64,000 nt of DNA from Hyaloraphidium curvatum SAG 235-1 (taxonomy: Eukaryota > Fungi > Monoblepharomycota). The notes beneath the pieces were generated by a model, which searched no databases, was not told where the DNA came from, and worked only from the letters and a program-made list of their open reading frames with translations. Positions within the stretch are counted from its first letter, which is position 1. Each line of letters begins with the position of its first letter. A program made the translations under genes and the position numbers. The stretch lies in NCBI GenBank assembly GCA_025558095.1, contig JAIVFI010000004.1:558001-622000 (forward strand), given 5' to 3'. This document shows positions 1-11,025 of the stretch, one piece after another.

Positions 1-1073
1 TGCGTTTCTGCTCGGGGCCGTCCCTTCCCCCTCGCCGATATCTCGGCGGCGCCCTTCCCTGGACCTTTCGACCGGTGGATTTTGGATGTTAATTCTCGGG
101 AATGGACAACAGGTTCGTGCTCGTGCAGATGGAGTCGTCGGAGCGCCGCCGCCGCCGAGAGACCGGACCGGGCCTTCCAAGGAGACGGTAAGTCGGGAGT
201 TTGCGGTCCTCCCACCGGGCTTCGGCCCACGGCCCGCGCCTGCCTCAGTGCGCGGCCAAGTTCGCTTTTGGAGTGCGCTGACCCGGCGTACGCGAACGTG
301 CGGTGCCTGCGTCGCAAGCTTGATTTTGCCACAGAAACCGAAGGAGTTCCTCAAGGAGCGTATCACGGCTCTGCTCCGCCAGATCGACGAGGGGACCATG
401 ACTCAGGGCGACATCAACCAGATCAGCACGCGGGTCTTGGAAGTCTACGTACTATTCTGCGCGCGTAATGCGTTGCTCCTTTAGTGCAGATGGCCGCGCA
501 GAAGCTGCTCCCAGACGGGGGCACGGGGAACCAAGGCGTGCAGTCCGTCCGCCGGCGGTTGCCGTCCCCTCCCCTTCCCTCCCCGGGCGCCGACCCCGCC
601 CCGCCACACCGGCACCGCTTCCGGCGCCTCCCCCCGCACCTCGCCGGGCCGCTCCCTCCCCCGCCGCGCAGCCCGCGGACGGCGTGCGCGTGTTTGCTTC
701 GGGGCCGCATTGGGGGCTGGTGACCGCGGGCGGTCCGCGGGTCTTCCGATCCAAACCAAGCGTTCGCCGCCCGGGTCAGGACGGACGGGAGCGGATGGGT
801 GCGAATGGGGAGCACGGATGGTGGATGGATGCTCCGAAGGAAGTGGATGGGAGGGATTGGGGCTGGATGGTGGGGACGGGGAGGGAAGGGGACCGGAGGG
901 AGACGGTGGCGGGGTGGGGAGTAGATCGAGGGACCGGGTGGCCGTTTGGGGCCAGCGGGACGGCAGATGAAATCGATCTCGATACGCAGGAAAGAATCCG
1001 GCACCTCGGCCACGGGTTGAGCGGCGGCACCCTGGATTTCGAGGGTCGGGATACCGTTGCCCAGTTTCGATGA
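1..1073 (+). CDS. Probable 3' part of a spliced gene of unknown function (5' end unclear)
   Basis: Protein-like segments (KPKEFLKERITALLRQIDEG..., MAAQKLLPDGG..., ...DEIDLDTQERIRHLGHGLSGGTLDFEGRDTVAQFR*) separated by GT..AG stretches (e.g. gtaagt at ~188 to cacag ~333; ~449-489). The exon chain is not fully resolved. Confidence 0.35.
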
Positions 1074-1175
1074 TTGGGACCCGCGTACCACGACCGATCC
1101 CATCGGAAACCGTACGGAGGGGCGGGCAGGAGTGGTGCAGCGGCCCGTCCCTGTGCGGCCGCGGGACATCCGGCG

Positions 1176-2142
1176 ATGCGGCAGCGCGGCGCGGGGCCCG
1201 CGGGCCCGTCAGTGGAGGGGACGCGGGACGGCGCCGCGCCGGCCGACGACGAGAACTCGCTGCGCGCGCTGACGCGGGCGGTTGTGCGCGTGCTGCAGCG
1301 GGAGGGCGCCGCGCCGTACGGCGACGTCGTGCGGTGCGCGGCGGTCGAGCTGGGAAGGCACGGCGCGCAGGGGCCGCAGGGAGGGCAGCCCGGCCAGCCC
1401 GCACGCGACGACAAGACGCTGCGCCGCCGCGTGTACGACGTGCTGAGCGTGCTGGCTGCCGTCGGCGCGATTTCCCGCGACGGCCGCACGGTCGTCTGGC
1501 GCGGCATGCCCTCCCCGAACCCCGCTCCCCCGCCTCCCCCTCCCCCGGCCCCCTCCCTCCCCACTGCGGACCTCGCCGCCCTCGTCGCCGAGAAGCGCCG
1601 CGCCCTCCAGCGCGCCCGCGAGGCGCACGACCTCCTGCGCTCGCTCGTCACGCGCAACGCGCTGCGCCCCTCGCCCGACGAGCGCGCGCGGGTGCACCTG
1701 CCCTTCGTCCTGCTCGTGTGCGAAAAGGGCACCGAGGTCGACATACAGACCGCGGACAACTCGCACGAGGTGCTGTTCCAGTTCGACGGCGCGTTCGAGG
1801 TCCTCGATGTGGGTTGCTGCCCCGGCACTGTGGAAAACACCTCCCCTGACCACCTCTCCATTGCTTCGCAATGTTTAGGACGCAGCGACCCTCCGCATGC
1901 TCAACCTCCCTCCCCCCATGGACCTCCCCGCCCCGGACCTCCCCCATCCCTCCCCCGCCCCACCGGATCCCGACCCCGCCCCGCTGGACCCCGATCCCGG
2001 CCCGCACGGCTTCGCACACGACCCGGCGGAGCTCGCGGCGCTCGCCGCCGCGCTGGATCTGGACCCGTTCCTGAACTTTGGCGGGCTGCTGGGGGGCGAT
2101 GGGATGCTGTTTGGCGGGGACGAGGGGCTGTGGGCGGGGTGA
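1176..2142 (+). CDS. DP (E2F dimerization partner) family transcription factor
   Basis: Winged-helix signature RRRVYDVLSVLAAVGAISRDGRTVVWRGMP, coiled coil, then marked-box-like LPFVLL..EVDIQTADNSHEVLFQFDGAFEVLD. Intron 1809-1878 (GTGGGT..TTTAG) joins to DAATLRMLNL.., matching the DP FEIHDD..L motif; stop 2142. Confidence 0.85.
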
Positions 2143-2385
2143 GCCGTGCGGTGCGGAGTAGAGGCTCTGGGTTGACCTGTGGCAAATTGTATGTCAGGGA
2201 CTCGCAAGCACTGCTTGCTCTTTTCTGCTGCTTCGCGCAAACTAGATCAGGACCATTCTCGCACGGATGGCGCGCCACCCTATCCTGACGCGGGCCTAAA
2301 CAACATTGTCAGGGGAGCTTCCTCTACTCGGACAACCAAAATGACAGGCCTAGTCCCACAGTCCATGTCTGCCCCAAACAATGGC

Positions 2386-3168
2386 TCATTGTCCCCAGTT
2401 GAGAAATTGCTGCTGGTCAGCAGCATCAAAAAGATCGGGATTCAATGGTGGAAGGCCCCCGCCAGCGAGGAGGTTTTCAAAGTCATCCACGTTGAAGTCT
2501 GCTGCTTCTTGCTGCTGTTCAACCACAGCATCTAAATTGCCAGGAAAGGCGGCCAGCAGGGCCTGGTCTTGCTGTTGCTGTTGATCGATTCCACCCACGT
2601 TGGCTTGCTGGGCTCTCGCCAACTGCACTATGATGACCGTGAGCAGTTTCCGAATGACCCGATGTTCCATTTTTTTCAAATGCAGGATGGTACTTCTGGC
2701 AAGATTGGCTGGATTTTGGGGTGCTGTAAGATTTCCGTGAGGTTTTCAAGGAACAAAAGAATACCCACTGTTGTCACTCCAAGGGGGCCTGATGACTTCG
2801 TCCCACTTCTGTGCAGGTTGGTCAATTCCGCACCATGGGCAGAAAAAGTGCGTCCTGAGACCGTTTCCCACTGCCACCACAAGGTCAGGGAGGTCTTCCA
2901 AACCATCATTGAAATCATGGACCTGGATCACATCGAAGTCCAGCCGAACCACATCGTATGGATTCAAAAAAGCTGGGTTCCAGGCGTCCCCCATCAGACC
3001 AATGTGCCTATAGCCGTTCAGGGTGTACGGTCCAATAGTGAGCCCTTGGGGCCACATATTTGTGAACCAGTCATCAAGATTCGGAAATGCCACGAGTTCA
3101 TGCAACGTTGTCTGCTGGACGAACGTGTTCAGCACCGTAGCGACCGGCGCCGGCGGGACAGCTACCAT
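2386..3168 (-). CDS. Orphan 245-aa protein with CxxC...HxxxxxH zinc-finger-like motif and Q-rich/acidic tail
   Basis: ATG 3168. A 45-bp intron 2724-2768 (GTGGGT..CTCAC..TTACAG) joins ORF 2746-3375 in frame to ORF 2386-2679, giving FFCPWC...ARSTILHLKKMEH...QQQQQ...DDFENLL. Confidence 0.6.
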
Positions 3169-3541
3169 CTTGGCTCGACGACCGACGATCTGGTCGAGCG
3201 CGTCGCCCCGTCCCGCACAACAGAAAAGGTCTAACCAGTGCCGATACGGAAGCACTGCGGATGGCTCGCTGCAGCCCCGCCTGGCTTCAAGTTTGTCGCG
3301 CGTGGCGCTACGGGGCCTGCGTGTATAGTTAGTGTAGATCGATCGATCGAACCCCGCCCATGATCGGAGAAACATGCGCGTTTCTGGGGAGCCAGAACAC
3401 AGCTGTCCGAACTTGGGCAGCTAAAAGAGCAAGGCATCGAAACCGATCTTTCCAGCAGCCAGAATAGGCCCGCGAGGTCGGTGGCGGACATGGTTTCGCG
3501 CGCTCTTCTGACGCGGCTGCTCGGCTCCCAGGAACCCAGCT

Positions 3542-4842
3542 ATGGTCGCCGGACTCATCGCCGGGGCCGCCAAGGCCGTCCTGGGCGGAGGCGGCGGCGG
3601 AGGTCCGAGCGCCGCCCCGACGTCGGTCAGCACGGCCACGCTCATCCACAACTACGTGTACGACGTCGGCAAGGCGACGGTCGAGGCCCGCGTGGCCAAC
3701 GAGGGCGCCGTGACCGGCCAGCAGGACGCCGCACTCTCCAACCGCGAGGCCGCCGACGTCGCGGGCTCGCAGCACGGCTCCGTGATAGGCATGCAGTCGC
3801 AGGCCGCTGACTTCTCGCAGGCGGCCCCGTTCGAGGCCTCGCTGGCCACCACGGCTATCAACATGGCCCACGGCAGCCACGCCATCGCAGATGCGCAGGC
3901 TAAGGCGCAGCAGGCCCTGCACGAGGCTCCACGGTCGGAGGCCAGCCGCGCTCCTGCTCGGGCGGACGGCGTTCTCGGAGCTGCCGACGAGGAAGCCATC
4001 GCGGGCCTGTTCACCGTGGTCAAAGACCTCAGCAACCGGGTGGGTGCTGGGGTGCTTGCACGGTGTCACCTGCGGTGCCGACCGCGCTGATGCAATACCC
4101 GGCCGACAGGTCACGGCCCTTGAGGGCGAGCTCCGGACCAAGGATGGCCTGGTCTGTGCTACTGCACCTACGGCACTGTGCCGCCCTTGATGATAACCTC
4201 CTGTCTTAGATAATGACGTTAATGGAGGAACTCTCTAAACTCAAAGAACAGAACCAGAAAGTCCAGCAGATGGAAGCACATTTTGGACAGGTGTTCACGC
4301 TTGACAGTTCAGGTGAGCAGTGGCCCAGGGCTTGATTCCTTTCACCGCTTTGATTTACTCATAGTTCTCATACAGGCCAGCTCAAGGTCCGCGCCGATTT
4401 GGTCAAGGCACACCAAATTGAAGTCGATTTGGTCAAGGCACACCGAATTGAAGTCGAACGGGTCAACGCACACCTGGTCAAGGCACGCCAAATTGAGGTC
4501 GATTCGGTCGAGGCACACCGAATTAAAGTCGATGAGGTCAAGGCGCACCGCCTCCAGCTGGGCAACTTCACACTTCGGCCTTCCCGCGTCAATCCAACTG
4601 AGCACCTGGAAATCTCCCAGGTCCGCCCTGCTATGGGCGACTTCACCGAGTACCCGATCGCCCTTTTCGGCGGGCTCCTTCCTGGTATGCCGAAGCTCAT
4701 GCTATACCTCAACGGCCGTATTGCTGGTTCAGACAGCACCCTGAGCTTCTTTGAGGTGGCGGCAAACGGGAACACTCGCGTTGTCCTCAAGCCCCGCGAG
4801 AAAACACCGCCCAACCACGAGGTCGGGGGCGTGACGTTTTAG
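3542..4842 (+). CDS. Array gene A, divergent copy A1 (expanded pentapeptide repeats, short coiled coil)
   Basis: Exons 3542-4039, 4110-4151, 4210-4312, 4376-4842 splice in frame with GT-AG introns at the same positions as A2-A5; ends NHEVGGVTF*. Confidence 0.85.
4381..4560 (+). repeat. Coding 15/30-bp tandem repeat (ttggtcaaggcacaccaaattgaagtcgat-like)
   Basis: Translates as VKAHQ IEVDL VKAHR IEVER VNAHL VKARQ IEVDS VEAHR IKVDE VKAHR. Confidence 0.9.
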
Positions 4843-6442
4843 ATGTCGTCTTCCAACCAGCAGCAGCAGCCGAGGACGTGAGCGCCGCGGACTCGCGCAC
4901 GCGTACGACCTGACCCCCCGAGTCCCGCAGGCGCTGCGAGCCAAGGCCGGCGAGACGAGCACCGGTAGCGGGGGTGTGGGCGGGATGGTTGGCCGGCGGA
5001 GGATTGGCCGCACATCCAGGGACTTAAGGACGTTGTTTGGGGGGAACCGGTGGGTGGGGCGTGTCGAAGGATGGCTGGCGCCGCATCCAGGGCTGGGTTT
5101 GTTGAGGGTCGCGAATAAGAGCTCGTCTCGCGAGGTTGAGGCGTTGTTGCGAGTTGACCGCGGCCGGCGGGGACCGGCGTCACCAACGGATCGACTCTCC
5201 GGCCTCCCACTGCTGCCCGGGGCGCTCGTCCGTATTTTTCCGGGCGCCCCGCACCGCGCCCATGGGGCTGCCGGGCACGCCGGGCCGAATGCCGCGTCCA
5301 GCGTCGGCGGCGGGCGGACCGGGCGCGGACTGTTTGCGCGGTGTTCCTCTCGGCCTGTGCGCCCGCAGGGACGCTGCGGTCACGCTGGAAGGCCAATTCT
5401 GCGGCCCGTTTGGCTCGGAGCGTGGACGGGCGGGGGAGACCACGGGCGCCTGCGGATGGTTCCCCTTCTCGGCCGGCGCGGATTGGAAACTGCAACTGAG
5501 GACCGGGCATCCCCCTGCCGGCGCTGCGGGGACCCGCTGCTCGAAAGCAGCCTCCCGTGGTCCTCCGTGCGCCGCGCTCCCTTGCTCGGCGGGTCTTCTG
5601 TTTCCGTGTTCTCTTGCTTCGAAGGCCGAACTCCTCGACAGGCAGAGCTAGGACGAGCTGACCCGCACTCATCCTATCGGACTCAAGGTGGACACGGACT
5701 CGCGCTGGAGCACGCCTGGGCTTTCTTGATGGTGCTGCGGGACAGCAGGAGATGATGTTCTCGTGGTTTTCGCGGCCAGCAAGGATCCCGGCCTGGCTTC
5801 GTCGAGCGCGACCTGGTCCCACCCCTCAACCAGCGCTCCTTCGGCTCGTTGCCGCCGCCCACATTGTTCTGCACTGCGGACGGAGTATTTCATGTGCCGT
5901 ACTTCGAAGGAACGCTATCCTGTGCTGAGTTGGCCGGCTTGCTTGAACTGGCGAGCCGCCGTACCTTCTGGATCACATGCCCGTCCCCTTGTCGGCGCCG
6001 CAACGGGATGGGGACGTACGAGAGTGTTATTGCCCTCGGGCATCGACTCGGACTTGGTTTGCTCGCTTTCCTTGGCGTTGGACGACTCGCGCCGTTTCAA
6101 GGATTGACCTTCGCGTCCCGGCTCACCCCCGAATCGCTCCGGAGCCCCAGCGGATCCCTGTTCTGCTGCTCCGGAACGTATTCGTCGGTGTTTCGATGGC
6201 AGTTTGTTATGCCGGTGCCGGCGGCCGCGTCGGAAACGCGGGTGTGCCGCGTGAGCGACGAACCATTTTGCAGTTCCCGACGGACCGATGCACGATCTAG
6301 CCCTAGGGATGCCGGCCAGCACCGTGGACGGATGACGATGGCGGATGCGGCCTCAGCCTTGCCCTCGTGCGGGGTGTGCAGAAGCTCGATGGGCGGAACC
6401 GGTGGCGGGGTCGGGTCCCGGCCCAGGTTCGGCCCCGGCCGG

Positions 6443-6585
6443 CTGCACCACATTCGAACCGAACCGCCGGACGGGCCCCGTCCGCCCGCCCGACGCCGCA
6501 CCGCCGAGGTGAAGTGCAACGCGGCTCGCGTCGCGCCCGCTGACCGCCCCGCCGCAGCCCCGCACGCACCGCACGCCATGCTCGT
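6443..6585 (+). pseudogene. Empty array unit: promoter-deleted leader plus B-type start (ATGCTCGT) fused directly to spacer
   Basis: About 200 bp of upstream spacer is missing at ~6443. ATG at 6578 is followed by ctcgt|aaggacgttg, which re-enters the 3' spacer. Confidence 0.75.
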
Positions 6586-8338
6586 AAGGACGTTGTTTGG
6601 GGGGAACCGGTGGGCGGGGCGTGTCGAAGGATGGCTGGCGCCGCATCCAGGGCTGGGTTTGTTGAGGGTCGCGAATAAGAGCTCGTCTCGCGAGGTTGAG
6701 GCGTTGTTGCGAGTTGCCCGCGGCCGGCGGGGACCGGCGTCACCCACCGGATCGACTCTCCGGCCTCCCACTGCTGCCCGGGGCGCTCGTCCGTATTTTT
6801 CCGGGCGCCCCGCACCGCGCCCATGGGGCTGCCGGGCACGCCGGGCCGAATGCCGCGTCCAGCGTCGGCGGCGGGCGGACCGGGCGCGGACTGTTTGCGC
6901 GGTGTTCCTCTCGGCCTGTGCGCCCGCAGGGACGCTGCGGTCACGCTGGAAGGCCAATTCTGCGGCCCGTTTGGCTCGGAGCGTGGACGGGCGGGGGAGA
7001 CCACGGGCGCCTGCGGATGGTTCCCCTTCTCGGCCGGCGCGGATTGGAAACTGCAACTGAGGACCGGGCATCCCCCTGCCGGCGCTGCGGGGACCCGCTG
7101 CTCGAAAGCAGCCTCCCGTGGTCCTCCGTGCGCCGCGCTCCCTTGCTCGGCGGGTCTTCTGTTTCCGTGTTCTCTTGCTTCGAAGGCCGAACTCCTCGAC
7201 AGGCAGAGCTAGGACGAGCTGACCCGCACTCATCCTATCGGACTCAAGGTGGACACGGACTCGCGCTGGAGCACGCCTGGGCTTTCTTGATGGTGCTGCG
7301 GGACAGCAGGAGATGATGTTCTCGTGGTTTTCGCGGCCAGCAAGGATCCCGGCCTGGCTTCGTCGAGCGCGACCTGGTCCCACCCCTCAACCAGCGCTCC
7401 TTCGGCTCGTTGCCGCCGCCCACATTGTTCTGCACTGCGGACGGAGTATTTCATGTGCCGTACTTCGAAGGAACGCTATCCTGTGCTGAGTTGGCCGGCT
7501 TGCTTGAACTGGCGAGCCGCCGTACCTTCTGGATCACATGCCCGTCCCCTTGTCGGCGCCGCAACGGGATGGGGACGTACGAGAGTGTTATTGCCCTCGG
7601 GCATCGACTCGGACTTGGTTTGCTCGCTTTCCTTGGCGTTGGACGACTCGCGCCGTTTCAAGGATTGACCTTCGCGTCCCGGCTCACCCCCGAATCGCTC
7701 CGGAGCCCCAGCGGATCCCTGTTCTGCTGCTCCGGAACGTATTCGTCGGTGTTTCGATGGCAGTTTGTTATGCCGGTGCCGGCGGCCGCGTCGGAAACGC
7801 GGGTGTGCCGCGTGCGCGACGAACCATTTTGCAGTTCCCGACGGACCGATGCACGATCTAGCCCTAGGGATGCCGGCCAGCACCGTGGACGGATGACGAT
7901 GGCGGATGCGGCCTCAGCCTTGCCCTCGTGCGGGGTGTGCAGAAGCTCGATGGGCGGAACCGGTGGCGGGGTCGGGTCCCGGCCCAGGTTCGGCCCCGGC
8001 CGGCCGTGCAGCGAATCCGCCGCCGACGACGCGCCGGCCGGCCGGCCGCAGCCTTTGGCGCCTCTGTGGACGGGGATCGAGAGAGATTCGGCGTGATGCG
8101 AGGGGATGTTGGGCCGATCATGTCTCCCCGCCACACAAACACACGCGTTTTCCCGCCGGGCCCGGACATGCGGGGGCCGAGCGGCGCAAGCCGCTCTTGC
8201 GTCTGCCACCACATTCGAACCGAACCGCCGGACGCGCCCCGTCCGCCCGCCCGACGCCGCACCGCCGAGGTGAAGTGCAACGCGGCTCCCGTCGCGCCCG
8301 CTGACCCACCCGCCGCAGCCCCGCACACGTCGCACGCC

Positions 8339-9093
8339 ATGCTCGTCGGAGGAAGCTTTGCTCCCGCTACCGCTCCCGTCGATGGCTCGTCCGCCCCGAC
8401 GCCGGCCCAGCCGACGACGATAAACGTCAACGTCACCTTCCAGGAAGTAGGCACTGGCGTGGACAGCCGCCTGGCAAACGACGGCACGCCGGCCGACCAC
8501 CAGGGGGCAGCCGTGCACGACAGCACACGCTCGCAGAGCGCCGACGCCTCGCAGGCCGCCTCGACCGAGGTCACGCAGGCCACCACGGCGACCAACACCG
8601 CTCAAGGCGGCCGCGCGACCGTCTCCGTCCAGGTTACGGTCCATCTGGGTCAGCCGCAGACCCAGCTGCAGAGCGAGCTGCCGGACCAGTGCCAAGCTCC
8701 GCCGTCGGAGGCTTGCGACGCTGCTTTAAGGGCCGAAGCCGTCCTCTCGGCGGACGATTACGATGCGCTCGTCGATATGATGTACGGCTTGGGCCAGCTC
8801 AAGGACAGGGTGAGTCGTGGTGCTCGAGTGGCGGTGGCATTGGACGGGATGCTGATTTCATTTGCTGCGATAGGTCGACGACGTTGCCGCCGAGAATCTG
8901 GCCAAGCACGCGGAAGCCGCCGCCCGGGTGAGATCCTCGCTCAGAGCCGTGGGCCGCCGTATTCTGACTTCTCGGCCCGCAGATCGAGGATCTTGCTCGT
9001 GAGCTCGAGGCCAAGAAGCTTCGCCTTGCCGAACTCGAGTTCGGGATACAGGACCACGTGGCCCGGTGCGCGTGCGGCGGCGTGAACTTTTAG
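8339..9093 (+). CDS. Array paralog B, short copy B1
   Basis: Exons 8339-8809, 8874-8927, 8983-9093 in frame. Homologous to A (RLANDG, SQAAS, TATNTAxGGxAT, QAPPSE, RAxxVLSAxD, DR| intron); ends ARCACGGVNF*. Confidence 0.75.
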
Positions 9094-11025
9094 GTCTCAT
9101 CTTACAAGCAGCAGCAGCAGCAGCCGAGGACGTGAGCGCCGCGGACTTGCGCACGCGTACGAACTGACCCCCCGAGTCCCGCAGGCGCTGCGAGCCAAGG
9201 CCGGCGAGACGAGCACCGGTAGCGGGGGTGTGGGCGGGATGGTTTGCCGGCGGAGGATTGGCCGAACATCCAGGGACTTAAGGACGTTGTTTGGGGGGAA
9301 CCGGTGGGCGGGGCGTGTCGAAGGATGGCTGGCGCCGCATCCAGGGCTGGGTTTGTTGAGGGTCGCGAATAAGAGCTCGTCTCGCGAGGTTGAGGCGTTG
9401 TTGCGAGTTGCCCGCGGCCGGCGGGGACCGGCGTCACCCACCGGATCGACTCTCCGGCCTCCCACTGCTGCCCGGGGCGCTCGTCCGTATTTTTCCGGGC
9501 GCCCCGCACCGCGCCCATGGGGCTGCCGGGCACGCCGGGCCGAATGCCGCGTCCAGCGTCGGCGGCGGGCGGACCGGGCGCGGACTGTTTGCGCGGTGTT
9601 CCTCTCGGCCTGTGCGCCCGCAGGGACGCTGCGGTCACGCTGGAAGGCCAATTCTGCGGCCCGTTTGGCTCGGAGCGTGGACGGGCGGGGGAGACCACGG
9701 GCGCCTGCGGATGGTTCCCCTTCTCGGCCGGCGCGGATTGGAAACTGCAACTGAGGACCGGGCATCCCCCTGCCGGCGTTGCGGGGACCCGCTGCTCGAA
9801 AGCAGCCTCCCGTGGTCCTCCGTGCGCCGCGCTCCCTTGCTCGGCGGGTCTTCTGTTTCCGTGTTCTCTTGCTTCGAAGGCCGAACTCCTCGACAGGCAG
9901 AGCTAGGACGAGCTGACCCGCACTCATCCTATCGGACTCAAGGTGGACACGGACTCGCGCTGGAGCACGCCTGGGCTTTCTTGATGGTGCTGCGGGACAG
10001 CAGGAGATGATGTTCTCGTGGTTTTCGCGGCCAGCAAGGATCCCGGCCTGGCTTCGTCGAGCGCGACCTGGTCCCACCCCTCAACCAGCGCTCCTTCGGC
10101 TCGTTGCCGCCGCCCACATTGTTCTGCACTGCGGACGGAGTATTTCATGTGCCGTACTTCGAAGGAACGCTATCCTGTGCTGAGTTGGCCGGCTTGCTTG
10201 AACTGGCGAGCCGCCGTACCTTCTGGATCACATGCCCGTCCCCTTGTCGGCGCCGCAACGGGATGGGGACGTACGAGAGTGTTATTGCCCTCGGGCATCG
10301 ACTCGGACTTGGTTTGCTCGCTTTCCTTGGCGTTGGACGACTCGCGCCGTTTCAAGGATTGACCTTCGCGTCCCGGCTCACCCCCGAATCGCTCCGGAGC
10401 CCCAGCGGATCCCTGTTCTGCTGCTCCGGAACGTATTCGTCGGTGTTTCGATGGCAGTTTGTTATGCCGGTGCCGGCGGCCGCGTCGGAAACGCGGGTGT
10501 GCCGCGTGCGCGACGAACCATTTTGCAGTTCCCGACGGACCGATGCACGATCTAGCCCTAGGGATGCCGGCCAGCACCGTGGACGGATGACGATGGCGGA
10601 TGCGGCCTCAGCCTTGCCCTCGTGCGGGGTGTGCAGAAGCTCGATGGGCGGAACCGGTGGCGGGGTCGGGTCCCGGCCCAGGTTCGGCCCCGGCCGGCCG
10701 TGCAGCGAATCCGCCGCCGACGACGCGCCGGCCGGCCGGCCGCAGCCTTTGGCGCCTCTGTGGACGGGGATCGAGAGAGATTCGGCGTGATGCGAGGGGA
10801 TGTTGGGCCGATCATGTCTCCCCGCCACACAAACACACGCGTTTTCCCGCCGGGCCCGGACATGCGGGGGCCGAGCGGCTTGCTTGCGTCTGCCACCACA
10901 TTCGAACCGAACCGCCGGACGCGCCCCGTCCGCCCGCCCGACGCCGCACCGCCGAGGTGAAGTGCAACGCGGCTCGCGTCGCGCCCGCTGACCCACCCGC
11001 CGCAGCCCCGCACGCACCGCACGCC

